Positions 9,754 through 19,903 of a stretch of DNA of 64,000 nucleotides are shown here, piece after piece. Location: assembly GCA_963675525.2 (NCBI GenBank), contig CAXXSL010000002.1, forward strand, positions 8,323 through 72,322. Reading direction: 5' to 3'. The notes below the pieces were generated by a model, which saw only the letters and a program-made list of their open reading frames with translations, did not search any database and was not told the origin of the DNA. Within the stretch, counting starts at the first letter, position 1, and each line of letters starts with the position of its first letter. The stretch is from Anaerohalosphaeraceae bacterium. Its GTDB lineage: Bacteria > Planctomycetota > Phycisphaerae > Sedimentisphaerales > Anaerohalosphaeraceae. Position numbers and translations under genes: made by a program.

Positions 9754-12066
9754 TTAAAATTTAAAGTGGTAACGAACACCGAAGACGGTCGGTTCTTCGA
9801 TCCAACTGGTTTTATCCGGATAAGTCTTTTTGTATCCGGATGAATAAGAGTATCGTTTGTTGTCGCCAAGGACGGGGATGTTCTGAACAAAGAATGTCAA
9901 GTCTGCCGACGGATTGATGTGACAGGTCAGCGAGACATTGGCTTTTATTTCGGTGTCGAAGGCGCCTTTGCTGCGGGTATCTGCAATCACGCCCGCATCG
10001 CCTCCGGCATCGGACAGGGCATTCAGACCATCCTCACTCCCTTCGAATCCCCAGAAGATCTGCATGTTCCCATGGAAACTCAGCTTGCCCTCGAGCAAGT
10101 CCATATTTGTATACAGTTTGGAAGCGTGGTTGGCCCAGTTACTCAAATCATTTCCATTTGAGTTTATCACAACACCGCCGCCGGCATCGTAATAATAGTC
10201 GGAATAACTGATGCCGGAAGAAGTGGGGGCGTCATCGGACAGTTCCCAACTCTGCTGCTTGACAAACGAATGATTTAAACCAAAGTTGAAACCCTCTTTC
10301 TGGTATTTGGTTTCCAGTTCCAATCCCAATGTTTTGAGCGTTCCCAGTGGTGCACTGCGGGAACCGTCCCAGGCGATGACTTCATTGCGATTATAGAAAC
10401 CGGATGCCTGAAATGATAACCGCTCGGCGAGCTTAGTCGAGTAGATTAGTTCAAACGTGTCCAGCTTTTCCGGGTCATTATCCTCGTTCATCTCATGGTT
10501 CATGTATAATTCTTCCTGCGTGTTCATCCGGACAGAGCGCTGGGCGATGAATTTCAGGTATTCGTCTTTATCCATTTCATAGATCCATGCAAATCGCGGC
10601 GAAAACATGTAATCCGTATAGCAGTGTTTATCCAGGCGGGCTGACCAGATGGTCGTTACCTTTGGGCTGAACGTATAGTTCAACTCACCCAAAAACGCAT
10701 AGCTGTAAGTTTCCCATCCGTTTCCGACCGGGAAGTACTCTGAATCGGCCGCGTCATATTGGTTGTATCCGATTCCATAGGCGCCGGAAGTCGGCCCGCT
10801 CATAATGCCCTTTGCAAGCCGCAATCCGTCATCTTTGTTCTTACCCCAGCCCGGGCGGATAGTATCGTAACTGAACTCAAACCCCAACCCGGCCCTGAGG
10901 TTTCCTTCGTCCGGTTTGTAATTCAACATGAATTGGGTGAAGTATTCATTTTCTGACCAGATCCCGCCAATATTCTGCAGGTTATCTTTGTCGTTGTAGG
11001 TGATAGCGCTGTTGAATTTTTGTATATCATGCACATCGGTAGAACTTACGGCAAACAAAGATTTCAGGTTGAAATCTTCATTCAGCGGCACTTTGTTTTC
11101 CAGAGCTATCTGGACATACCGATATCGTGACAGTCGAAAATCTTTATAGATATCATCGTCGCCAGGATCATATTGTGTGGCGTTATTCGATATCACTGAG
11201 GAGGAAGAATTGCCATAACGTGCCCAGAAACGCCAGTTATCTTTGAATTTAACATCCACATGCGCTTTAATCTGGGGTTCATTATAATAATCAGTCATAT
11301 AGCTGGCGGCGGGATTTGGATAGTAAGGGCCGCCCGGAGATCCTAAATACCCGCTGGTGGTGCTGTTACGGACACTGAATAAATCCGGCGACACGCCGTC
11401 GGTGTGTACAACGCTTAAGTAACTGTAAATGTCCAGCTTGTCAGTTTTTTGGCCGTAGCTGACATAGTTACCGATGCTGTTATACTTGTTCCAGAAGGCG
11501 CCTCCCATTTGAAGGCCGGGGGCCTGGTCACTTTTTTTTGTGAAGATATTGATCACTCCGCCGATCGCTCCCGGGCCGTAAGTAACCGATCCCGGGCCCC
11601 GAACGATTTCAATGCGCTGAACGTCGTTCAGGTCCCAGTTCAACAATTCCAGACGGGCTCCATAGAAAGCTTTGATATTGACATTGATCCCGTTGATGTT
11701 GACCAGGAACTTATAGGGGCGGTCAGCGATAATCCCGCGAATTCCCATTGCCGGGCCGACACTGTGATTCACGTAGAGAGCTCCTGGAACATAGATTTCG
11801 ATCAAATCCAACAGGTTGCGTGCCGGTGTTCTGGCAATATCCTCAGCGGAAATGACCGTGACACTGGCGGGTGTCTTGAGGGGATTTTTTTCCGTGAGGG
11901 TGGCGGGAACATAGATTTCGACGTCCATCAATTGGTCCAAAGACATGTCGAAAAGATTTTCCGGCTTAGTAATTTCGTTTGCGGGGGCACTGAACGACAC
12001 ACTCAACAACAGTCCCAGAGAGATCAAAACAAATAAGGCTTTGTCAGAGAAATCGTTTTTATTCAT
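9754..12066 (-). CDS. TonB-dependent outer-membrane receptor
   Basis: Signal peptide, LFDMSLDQLMDVEI, RIEIVRGPGSVTYGPGAIGGVINIFT, C-terminal YHFKF; paralog of 372..2684. Confidence 0.92.
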   Translation of the reverse strand: MNKNDFSDKALFVLISLGLLLSVSFSAPANEITKPENLFDMSLDQLMDVEIYVPATLTEKNPLKTPASVTVISAEDIARTPARNLLDLIEIYVPGALYVNHSVGPAMGIRGIIADRPYKFLVNINGINVNIKAFYGARLELLNWDLNDVQRIEIVRGPGSVTYGPGAIGGVINIFTKKSDQAPGLQMGGAFWNKYNSIGNYVSYGQKTDKLDIYSYLSVVHTDGVSPDLFSVRNSTTSGYLGSPGGPYYPNPAASYMTDYYNEPQIKAHVDVKFKDNWRFWARYGNSSSSVISNNATQYDPGDDDIYKDFRLSRYRYVQIALENKVPLNEDFNLKSLFAVSSTDVHDIQKFNSAITYNDKDNLQNIGGIWSENEYFTQFMLNYKPDEGNLRAGLGFEFSYDTIRPGWGKNKDDGLRLAKGIMSGPTSGAYGIGYNQYDAADSEYFPVGNGWETYSYAFLGELNYTFSPKVTTIWSARLDKHCYTDYMFSPRFAWIYEMDKDEYLKFIAQRSVRMNTQEELYMNHEMNEDNDPEKLDTFELIYSTKLAERLSFQASGFYNRNEVIAWDGSRSAPLGTLKTLGLELETKYQKEGFNFGLNHSFVKQQSWELSDDAPTSSGISYSDYYYDAGGGVVINSNGNDLSNWANHASKLYTNMDLLEGKLSFHGNMQIFWGFEGSEDGLNALSDAGGDAGVIADTRSKGAFDTEIKANVSLTCHINPSADLTFFVQNIPVLGDNKRYSYSSGYKKTYPDKTSWIEEPTVFGVRYHFKF

Positions 12067-12256
12067 TGGTTTTTTCCTCTTTTAAAGAAAAAATACAGGG
12101 CATATCCACTTAATAAGCCTGCGTTTATATCGGTGATATTGAATCGAGTGTTAAGGACTTGCTTTAGGAAAATTTTAAATTTTTTTCAGCGGACTTGAAG
12201 GTACTTAGAATGTCCTATTAATGCCCGACAGTCGCATTGTGTTGTGACGATGAGGA

Positions 12257-13144
12257 TTATTTTCGGACCTGTTCGTAGCAGAGGTTGGCGATGGCGATGT
12301 ATTGGATGGGGGTGATTTCTTCCGGGCGTTTGTGGGGATCGACGAAAGCTTCATCGAAAATCAGGTTCCAGTGGCGTACTTTTTCCAGATTATTCTGTGC
12401 AAATTTCACACAGGCCTTGAGCATCTTGCGACGGTGTCCCATCAAAAGCTGAATTACTTCCTTGAACGTCTGCATGTCGTGTATTTCTTTGAGTTTGATT
12501 GGGTTGCGTTCATAGCTGACCATTGCCGAATTCACCTGCGGCCGCGGCCAGAACACACTTGGCGGCAATTTTCGCAGAACATGCACGTGTCCGGTTGCGG
12601 CCATCAAAATACTGAGGGTACCGTAGTCATCATGGCCGGGCATCGCGGCCATGCGGTCGGCGACTTCCTTCTGCACGGTAACGTACATTCCATCGGCATT
12701 GACCGGCCCGGTGATCAGGTTGGCCATGACACAGGAACCGACATTATACGGCAGGTTGGCGACCAGCAAAAACCGGCCGGGATATGTTTGCCGGGCTTTC
12801 TGCACGGCATCCAGCACGTCCTGATGAATGGCGTTTTTGTTTTCCAGCACATCCCGATTAAACTGGGTGACATTATTGAATTGTTCGAGCTGCCTTTTGG
12901 CGATCCCGTAGAGCGCATCGTCGTATTCGACGGTGACAACATGGCCACAGCGTTCAGCGATACCTTCGGTGAACGATCCGGTGCCCGTGCCGACTTCCAT
13001 CGCCACATCCTGATCGGTGATGGTGGCGGTGTCGATCAAAAAGCGCATCAGGTTCAGGTCGATCAAAAAGTTTTGACCGAGCCGGCGGTTTGGCGTGGTG
13101 CCCGCACCCGCTAACAATTTTTCAATGTCCTGTTTGGTTTGCAT
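12257..13144 (-). CDS. rsmA: 16S rRNA m6,2A dimethyltransferase RsmA/KsgA
   Basis: LGQNFLID, EVGTGTG, VANLPYN, VQKEVADR, FWPRPQVNS. Confidence 0.96.
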   Translation of the reverse strand: MQTKQDIEKLLAGAGTTPNRRLGQNFLIDLNLMRFLIDTATITDQDVAMEVGTGTGSFTEGIAERCGHVVTVEYDDALYGIAKRQLEQFNNVTQFNRDVLENKNAIHQDVLDAVQKARQTYPGRFLLVANLPYNVGSCVMANLITGPVNADGMYVTVQKEVADRMAAMPGHDDYGTLSILMAATGHVHVLRKLPPSVFWPRPQVNSAMVSYERNPIKLKEIHDMQTFKEVIQLLMGHRRKMLKACVKFAQNNLEKVRHWNLIFDEAFVDPHKRPEEITPIQYIAIANLCYEQVRK

Positions 13145-14189
13145 GTTTTTTTGTCTGTAAGTTCAACGTGCGTTTTGCCGTCGCCATTTGCACGGCGACG
13201 CGAATGGCTTCTTTCATGCTGTTTTCATTGGCGATACCTTTGCCGGCGATGTCAAATGCTGTCCCGTGTCCCGGCGAGGTTCGAATGATCGGCAGACCGA
13301 TGGTGACGTTGACAGCCCGGTCAAAGGCGACCATTTTAACCGGGATCAGTCCCTGGTCATGGTACATGGCGACGACGCCGTCGTATTGTCCCTGTGCGGC
13401 ATGGTAGAACAGCGTGTCGGCCGGGAAGGGGCCAATAGCGTTGATGCCCATTTCCTGTGCCAGCAGAATGGCCGGACTGATGATGCGTTTTTCCTCGTCG
13501 CCGAACTGGCCGTCTTCGCCGGCATGGGGATTGAGACCCGCTACCGCGATCCGAGGTTTTTTAATTCCGAAATAATCTTTCAATGCGTCATTCAATAAAT
13601 CGATCGATGTGAAAATACAACCAATCGTAAATTTATGCCGAATGTCGAATAAGCCTTCATGGATCGTCGCCAGCGCCAGCTTTAGCGGTCCGGCGACAAA
13701 CATCATGACCTTTCGCGGCGACTTGCATTGTTCGGCGAGCATTTCGGTATGCCCGGCCCATGTTCCGCCTGCCAGTTTCCAACTGGTTTTGCAGATGGGG
13801 GCGGTGACGACGGCATCGATGATGCCCGCCAGTGCGGCGTCGATGGCATCCGTACAGAACCGCATCGACGCTTCTCCGGCAATGCGGTTGGATGTGTGAA
13901 CACCAATAGGAGCGGCGTACTCGTCATAATCGGCGACGACAACCTGCCGGGGGTAATCCCGGCTGAGTTTTTCATGCGGATGCCGCAGCCAGAACGGCTC
14001 GACCTCGATCAGGTCGGCGGCGTATTCAAGCTGTTCGTCCAGCCCGAAAATAATAAACTTGGCCAGCCGCCGGATCATCGGGTCGGACAGTGCCTTGACG
14101 ACGATCTCCGGGCCGATGCCGCCGGGGTCGCCCATCGTGATCCCGATGACAAGGTCGTTGCCTGCCGGATTGTTAAAACCACTGTTCAT
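13122..14189 (-). CDS. pdxA: 4-hydroxythreonine-4-phosphate dehydrogenase
   Basis: ITMGDPGGIGPE, GHTE, GLNPHAGE, AMYHDQG, IRTSPGHGTAFDIAG; start placed at ATG 14189; pdxA-rsmA synteny. Confidence 0.95.
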   Translation of the reverse strand: MNSGFNNPAGNDLVIGITMGDPGGIGPEIVVKALSDPMIRRLAKFIIFGLDEQLEYAADLIEVEPFWLRHPHEKLSRDYPRQVVVADYDEYAAPIGVHTSNRIAGEASMRFCTDAIDAALAGIIDAVVTAPICKTSWKLAGGTWAGHTEMLAEQCKSPRKVMMFVAGPLKLALATIHEGLFDIRHKFTIGCIFTSIDLLNDALKDYFGIKKPRIAVAGLNPHAGEDGQFGDEEKRIISPAILLAQEMGINAIGPFPADTLFYHAAQGQYDGVVAMYHDQGLIPVKMVAFDRAVNVTIGLPIIRTSPGHGTAFDIAGKGIANENSMKEAIRVAVQMATAKRTLNLQTKKHANQTGH

Positions 14190-14209
14190 ATATAGTAGGT
14201 CATACACTT

Positions 14210-14812
14210 TCAATAAACAGAAAAGTGAGTCGGAAGAATGCTCAGTTCCCGAAGCTCCTCGATCATCTCAAGAATCCCGATCATCCAGATAAACCATAAG
14301 GCGCTGAAAATATGCTTTTTAAATGTTTTCGGTGTTACGACATATTCGGCCGGTTCAGTCAACAGCGACCACTTCGGCCAAAATTGCGGCACCGTCTGAA
14401 AATAGGTCTTGTATTCTTTTCCATGGAGAGCTTTTAATTTGTTTTCCTCAAATCGAATCACAAATGGATAATAGAGGACAAACGCAACCAGAATCAGGGC
14501 CGGAATCGTCAGCGTTTCCGTTGCCAGTCCGACCCCCAGCCCGCCGATCATGCTGAAGAAATATAACGGATTTCGACTAATAGAGTACGGTCCGACAGTC
14601 ACTAGACTTTTTGTTTTATATCCTGCAATATAAAGCGAACACCACAGTCGTCCCAGCGAGGCAATGCCCGCCAAGAAACAACCTGCCAGAAACAAAACGG
14701 CGCTGACCATCGGAGATTCTGTTTCCCATTTGCTGCCGGAAATCAACAACAGAACGACTAACGCTCCAATAAAAACACGAGTTATATATAAACGAACCTG
14801 TTGATACATCAT
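14210..14812 (-). CDS. ICMT/PEMT-family membrane methyltransferase
   Basis: LVTVGPYSISRNPLY, IRFEENKL, multiple TM helices. Confidence 0.85.
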   Translation of the reverse strand: MMYQQVRLYITRVFIGALVVLLLISGSKWETESPMVSAVLFLAGCFLAGIASLGRLWCSLYIAGYKTKSLVTVGPYSISRNPLYFFSMIGGLGVGLATETLTIPALILVAFVLYYPFVIRFEENKLKALHGKEYKTYFQTVPQFWPKWSLLTEPAEYVVTPKTFKKHIFSALWFIWMIGILEMIEELRELSILPTHFSVY

Positions 14813-14931
14813 TTCAAATCCTTGATCAATTAAGGTTGTATTCGAGCTAAAAACCCTTAAAGCCGCTATTGTCTATCATATCCTTTTTGGGAGATATCTC
14901 AAATGAAAAAGTAAAAGCTTCTCCGGGGGCA

Positions 14932-16446
14932 TTAAGGAACGGGCTGTGGGTCACAGATCAGAAGCCACCGGTCGTATTTCAAAGATACCTCTTCGATTGC
15001 CCAGCCTGTTTCGAATAATGTATTTTTAATCAAAGGCAGATACTTTTTCCCCTGAATGAGAAATAAATGCCGATAGTTATCCTGAGCCATATCGCCTATC
15101 TCGCTTTCGAAATTTTCTGTCGGAATAAATGTCGGATAGGGATTGGGGCGGCGGGTAATATTTTCCACCTCCTGTGCGCCGTAGAACCAAAGACCGCTGG
15201 CCCGTTCATCAACCGTTACAATTTCGTATTGCCCGGCGGACAAATGAGGTTTCAGTTCATCCCAGAGCAGCCGACTGTCATGTGTCGTGGGGATAACCCC
15301 AAGAACGACCCGAGCGAGCAGCAAGGCACCGACCCAGATTAACACGAAAGATGTTTTAGGCGGCTGTAATATGGCAATTGTTGATTCCGGATTTTGAGGA
15401 CGATAGAAAAGTCGAACGGTTGCCAGTGCCAGTGCCGGAAATATCGGCAGAGCATACAGCCCCAGTTTCGAACTGGCAAGACAGAGAACAATCAGGGGGA
15501 TTAAAATCCAGCAGGCCAACAGTGTTTTCGAGGGGTCCGCAAAGATATCTTTCCACGTCCGGCGATGAAAAAATGTTCGCAGACCATAATAGTTGCCATA
15601 CCAAAGCACACTCCACGGCATGGTTCCCAACAGAACCACTGGCAGATAAAGCAATGCGAAAATGGCTTTTGGATTGCGTAGATATTTTCCGGAAACCAGA
15701 CGGCCCCAGACCATGTTATCGAAGAAATAGGCGCCGGCGTCAGGCAATTTCCATGAGATATAGACATACCAGCTTAAGCCTACGGCCGCAAACATCACCG
15801 CCGCCGCAACGATCCACGGATTCAAAAAGAATCGTCTCATCTGCTTTTGTATCAGCAGATAAACAAACATGGCTCCGCAGGGAATCAAGGCCGCAGGCCC
15901 TTTCGTCAAAACCCCAAGGCCGACAGCCATCCCCAATAAGACGGTCCAAAGACCGGTTCTGGTTCCATTTGGCCGGATACTCTGCCAGAAACATAACATC
16001 GATAACGTGGTAAACAACGTCAGCGGTGTGTCCGGCGTAACAAAATTTCCCGAGATGAAGGGAATCACCATCGTTGCGTAAACAATAGCGACCCAGAAGG
16101 CTTTGTCAAACCGCCCCGACATCGAAAGCTCAAGGGTGAGAACAGTCAATATTGTTAGGGCGAAGCATAAGCCCGTAAAAAACCGCGCCGCGAATTCGCT
16201 ATGCCCGAAGAGTTTCAATCCGCCTAAAATTCCCCAATAAAGCACCGGCGGCTTATCCAAAAAAACTTCTTCGCCCAACGTCGGCATCAGGTAATTTTGC
16301 GCGGCCTCCATTGAAACAGCCGACCCAACGTAATATCCCTCATCCGGATCCCAGATGCCGCGAACGCCTTGAAAGCTGAAGGCCAGCACGAACACCAAAA
16401 GCAACAACATCAGGATCGCGGTGGATTTGTGATGCGACAGGTTCAT
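14932..16446 (-). CDS. ArnT/PMT-family (GT83/GT39) membrane glycosyltransferase
   Basis: WDPDEGYY, FLDKPPVLYW, SEFAARF, LTKGP, SKLGLYALP; many TM helices. Confidence 0.88.
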   Translation of the reverse strand: MNLSHHKSTAILMLLLLVFVLAFSFQGVRGIWDPDEGYYVGSAVSMEAAQNYLMPTLGEEVFLDKPPVLYWGILGGLKLFGHSEFAARFFTGLCFALTILTVLTLELSMSGRFDKAFWVAIVYATMVIPFISGNFVTPDTPLTLFTTLSMLCFWQSIRPNGTRTGLWTVLLGMAVGLGVLTKGPAALIPCGAMFVYLLIQKQMRRFFLNPWIVAAAVMFAAVGLSWYVYISWKLPDAGAYFFDNMVWGRLVSGKYLRNPKAIFALLYLPVVLLGTMPWSVLWYGNYYGLRTFFHRRTWKDIFADPSKTLLACWILIPLIVLCLASSKLGLYALPIFPALALATVRLFYRPQNPESTIAILQPPKTSFVLIWVGALLLARVVLGVIPTTHDSRLLWDELKPHLSAGQYEIVTVDERASGLWFYGAQEVENITRRPNPYPTFIPTENFESEIGDMAQDNYRHLFLIQGKKYLPLIKNTLFETGWAIEEVSLKYDRWLLICDPQPVP

Positions 16447-16447
16447 C

Positions 16448-17086
16448 TTAGAAGCCGTATTCTTTCAATTTGTTCGGGTTTAGTCCGCCGGCGGGTAGAA
16501 TTTTCTCAAGCTGTTTTTTGACGACTTTGATGAGGATGTCGGTTTCGATGTTAACTGTATCACCGGTTTTGGCATGTTGCCAAGTCGTTTCCTGCAGGGT
16601 GGTGGGGATGAGCGAGATTTCGAAGCCGGTGCTGTCGAGTTTGGAAACGGTCAGGCTGATGCCGTCGACGGCGACCGAGCCTTTCAGGACTATCTGGTCC
16701 AGCAGGTCTGCGGGGGCTTCAATGCGGAACATCGCAAAGTCGGCCTGCTTGCGAATGGCAGCGATGCGTCCGGTTCCGTCGACATGGCCCTGTACGATAT
16801 GCCCGCCGAAGCGGCCGTCGGCACTCATGGCCCGTTCGAGATTGACCTTCGCCCCGGGACGGAGTGTTTTCAGGCCGGACCTGGCGACGGTTTCGGCGCT
16901 GACATTGAAAACTGCCTCGGTGCCGTTCAGTTTAGAAACGGTCAGGCACACGCCGCTGACGGCGATGCTGTCACCGAGTTTGACGCCGTCGGCGATGCGG
17001 TTTAAATCGACGGTGATCTGCATGGTACCGCCCCTGGGCAACACCTGCCGAACGGTCCCAACGGTTTCAATAATGCCGGTAAACAT
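16448..17086 (-). CDS. ribE: Riboflavin synthase (alpha chain)
   Basis: Diagnostic MFTGIIE start at 17086; GDSIAVSGVCLTV, VNLERA, GGHIVQGHVD. Confidence 0.96.
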   Translation of the reverse strand: MFTGIIETVGTVRQVLPRGGTMQITVDLNRIADGVKLGDSIAVSGVCLTVSKLNGTEAVFNVSAETVARSGLKTLRPGAKVNLERAMSADGRFGGHIVQGHVDGTGRIAAIRKQADFAMFRIEAPADLLDQIVLKGSVAVDGISLTVSKLDSTGFEISLIPTTLQETTWQHAKTGDTVNIETDILIKVVKKQLEKILPAGGLNPNKLKEYGF

Positions 17087-17136
17087 AATCCTGACCCCTG
17101 TTTTCACCAAATCGCTGTTAATCCAATATTAACAGC

Positions 17137-17165
17137 ATCTTATGCCGTAGATGCCAAAAAGTCAA
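17137..17165 (-). promoter_or_regulatory. Sigma70-type promoter for the ribE-arnT unit
   Basis: TTGACT-17-TAAGAT on the minus strand. Confidence 0.5.
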
Positions 17166-17178
17166 TAATTGGTTTTTG

Positions 17179-18603
17179 TCAATGACCGCTATGAATTGGG
17201 AGGGCTATGACGAAACTTGTCCCATTTTGGGGGTTTGATTCAACAGTAATATTTCCCGAGTGAAGCATTGCGATTTCTTTAGCAATGGCCAGACCCAACC
17301 CGCTTCCTCCCGAATTTCGGTCGCGTGCCTTACTGACACGATAAAAACGGTCGAATAGACGGGAGCATTCGTCTTCGGGAATCCCGCCCCCCTCATCATG
17401 AACGACAATAACCGCCATTTCGTCATCAATTTTTACAGAGAGTGTAATCGTTGTTTTGGGAGGGGCATACTTAACCGCATTATCGATCAAATTAAGCATC
17501 AATTGCCTGATTTGATGTTGGTTTCCCCGAATTTCAGCCGGACATAACTGCGTGTTTAATCGAAATCCCTTCTCGTTTAACAGCGGTTCGTATTGTTCAA
17601 CAATGTCCTCAATGAGGTCATTGATGTTGACAACCTCCCATTCGCGCAGATTATCTGCATTTTCCAGGCGAGATAATTCCAATAATTGCTCGATCAAAGC
17701 ATTTAACCTCTCGATATCTTCCAATGCGCGGGCGACAGTTTCTTCGTGAAATTCCACGGAACGTTTTCTTGATTGTGCCAGTTGCAGCGTACTTTTGATA
17801 ATTGCCAGAGGTGTTCTCAGTTCATGGGCGGCATCGGAGGTAAATCGTTTTTGCTCTTGCATTGCATGAGCAAGTTTATTCAACATTTCTTCCCATGATT
17901 TTACAAATGGATGCAATTCTTTCGGCGCCTTCGGATAACCGCGCGTCATCTCACTGAGATTGCTTCCCGAAATATCGCTCATTCGATGGGCCAGCGAGTC
18001 AATCGGTTTAAGACCCCATTTTAAGATTCCCTGTATTAACATGAGTGTTATCCACAGAATAATACCGCCTAAGATAAATAACATTTTCGTAAATTCAGCA
18101 ATTTCATGGTATGCGTATGCACTGCTTGTCGCCAGGGCGACATTCAAACATTGCGGCAGGTCTGCGGGACGATTGGGAAGAGGATAGCGTGCCCAGATGA
18201 CGCGATAGGTTTTCTCATCCCGGGTCATATTCAGCATTATAAATTCATCTCGTTCCGGCGGCGGTGTTTGTTGTTTTTGCAGGATACCATAAATATCCAT
18301 TGAGGTGAGGCTTTTCATTACATTTTCATCGCCTTCAAACCATATTTGATAACCGGCGTCCTGCGTCTCTTTTTGAGGGTTTAAAAAAGCACGAACTTCT
18401 TTTTGTGTTTCGGGGGAAAATATATCCTTTGTAAACAAAAGGTATCTTACGGTGCTTAAATCCGATTGGAGTGTTGAATCCAGGCCGCCCAAAAGCGATT
18501 CCTGAAACTCCTGATAGGCGATAATGGAAATGATCGTTACCACAAAAAACACCAGCACGGCGATACAAATACCAACTCTTCCTTTTAAAGAAAATGACGT
18601 CAT
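17179..18603 (-). CDS. Sensor histidine kinase (2 TM, HAMP, HisKA, HATPase)
   Basis: FTSDAAHELRTPL, NLIDNAVKY, DEGGGIP, GGSGLGLAI. Confidence 0.95.
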   Translation of the reverse strand: MTSFSLKGRVGICIAVLVFFVVTIISIIAYQEFQESLLGGLDSTLQSDLSTVRYLLFTKDIFSPETQKEVRAFLNPQKETQDAGYQIWFEGDENVMKSLTSMDIYGILQKQQTPPPERDEFIMLNMTRDEKTYRVIWARYPLPNRPADLPQCLNVALATSSAYAYHEIAEFTKMLFILGGIILWITLMLIQGILKWGLKPIDSLAHRMSDISGSNLSEMTRGYPKAPKELHPFVKSWEEMLNKLAHAMQEQKRFTSDAAHELRTPLAIIKSTLQLAQSRKRSVEFHEETVARALEDIERLNALIEQLLELSRLENADNLREWEVVNINDLIEDIVEQYEPLLNEKGFRLNTQLCPAEIRGNQHQIRQLMLNLIDNAVKYAPPKTTITLSVKIDDEMAVIVVHDEGGGIPEDECSRLFDRFYRVSKARDRNSGGSGLGLAIAKEIAMLHSGNITVESNPQNGTSFVIALPIHSGH

Positions 18604-18606
18604 GTT

Positions 18607-19278
18607 TTATCCTTCTAAAATATACCCCTGTCCTCGGTGTGTTTTTATGAAAGGATGAGTTTTCTCAGGGTCAATTTTTCTCCTTAATGAGGAAATATAA
18701 ACTTCGATCACATTGGAAAACCGCTCCCAGTTAAAATCATAAAGATGCTCTAATAATTCTTCTTTGGAAACAACCTGCCCGCTGCGCATCGCCAGATAAA
18801 CCAACGTATGGTACTCCATCGGAGTCAGGATGACCGGGATTCCTTCCATGGTTACTTTGCGTGCGGTGGTATTGATGCTTAAGTCTCCGATGGTGATAAG
18901 CGGGTCAGCAATGCCGTAAGACCGTCTGATAAGAGCCTTGCATCGCGCGACAAGTTCGCCCATGTCAAAGGGCTTTGTCAGGTAATCATCGCCGCCGGCA
19001 TCAAGTCCCTTAATGATATCCGATGATGTGTCGCAGGCGGTCAGAATCAAAACGGCAGTCCGGCTGCCCTCTGCCCGGATCTCACGGAGAATATCCAGTC
19101 CATGCATTCCGGGAAGCATCAAATCCAGAATGACCAGGTCGTAAGGATTTGTCCGGCTTAGATGTAATCCATCGACGCCGTCGTATGAAACATCAATCGC
19201 GTAATTTTCCTTCTCGGTTAGAATTTGTGAGATATTTTTCGCAAGTCGAGCTTCATCCTCTACAATCAGCACTCTCAT
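18607..19278 (-). CDS. OmpR-family response regulator
   Basis: MRVLIVED (start 19278), LDLMLP, DDYLTKPF, winged helix (SNVIEVYISSLRRK, HRGQGY). Confidence 0.95.
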   Translation of the reverse strand: MRVLIVEDEARLAKNISQILTEKENYAIDVSYDGVDGLHLSRTNPYDLVILDLMLPGMHGLDILREIRAEGSRTAVLILTACDTSSDIIKGLDAGGDDYLTKPFDMGELVARCKALIRRSYGIADPLITIGDLSINTTARKVTMEGIPVILTPMEYHTLVYLAMRSGQVVSKEELLEHLYDFNWERFSNVIEVYISSLRRKIDPEKTHPFIKTHRGQGYILEG

Positions 19279-19376
19279 TAAAAGCCTTTCATGAGATAGT
19301 TTCAAATGCATTTATGATGCTTCACTATACTAAACTAAACACCATCTCGAAAACAACCAATAAAAAACTTTTTCTT

Positions 19377-19409
19377 CTTCAGGTTATCTTAAGGTTCACT
19401 CTGTATTAT
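19377..19409 (+). promoter_or_regulatory. PmrA/QseB-like direct-repeat box with downstream -10
   Basis: CTTCAG-N5-CTTAAG (19377-19393), then TATTAT (19404-19409). Confidence 0.5.
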
Positions 19410-19456
19410 GAGGAGTACTCAAGGTAACGATATTTTTACTTTTTGAGGTAAAAAAG

Positions 19457-19897
19457 ATGAATTCAAAAAGAGGTATGTTGGTAATTAAAAGCTTGGCAGT
19501 CCTTCTTGTTCTTGTTCTTTCCGGATGCGGAGCGACGATTTTTGAGGCGGGCCATTGTGCGTATAATCATATTCGCGGAGACCTTCTGGGGATTGTTCCG
19601 TATCAGGTCGAGCAGGTTTCTCCCGCGGCAGTCAATGTCATCAAGGAGCTCGAAGGATATGATTTGGCGGAACAAAAATCCAATTTTCTAAATACTCAGA
19701 TTGTTGCTTACGACAAACGATCCCGAAAAGTACAAATCGATCTGTCCAGGACGGATGAGAATCAAACAAAAATACAAATACGAATCGGTGCGATTGGCGA
19801 CAAGCTCGAATCCTCGATGATTTTTAATTACGTGGTGAATAAACTCTCTAAAGAAGAGCCGTTAAAGCATTCCTATTCGAAGAAAAACGGAGGATAG
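19457..19897 (+). CDS. Lipoprotein, DUF3568-like
   Basis: Lipobox LSGC; YNHIRGDL and TKIQIRIGAIGD resemble DUF3568. Confidence 0.65.
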   Translation: MNSKRGMLVIKSLAVLLVLVLSGCGATIFEAGHCAYNHIRGDLLGIVPYQVEQVSPAAVNVIKELEGYDLAEQKSNFLNTQIVAYDKRSRKVQIDLSRTDENQTKIQIRIGAIGDKLESSMIFNYVVNKLSKEEPLKHSYSKKNGG

Positions 19898-19903
19898 CAT
19901 CTT

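Noticed and set aside
14813..14931. Second PmrA-like box upstream of the ICMT-like gene
   Set aside because: Isolated TTAAG-like half-sites without the correct 11-bp spacing.
17087..17178. FMN riboswitch upstream of riboflavin synthase
   Set aside because: The spacer is only about 90 bp, contains the promoter, and lacks RFN conserved sequences.
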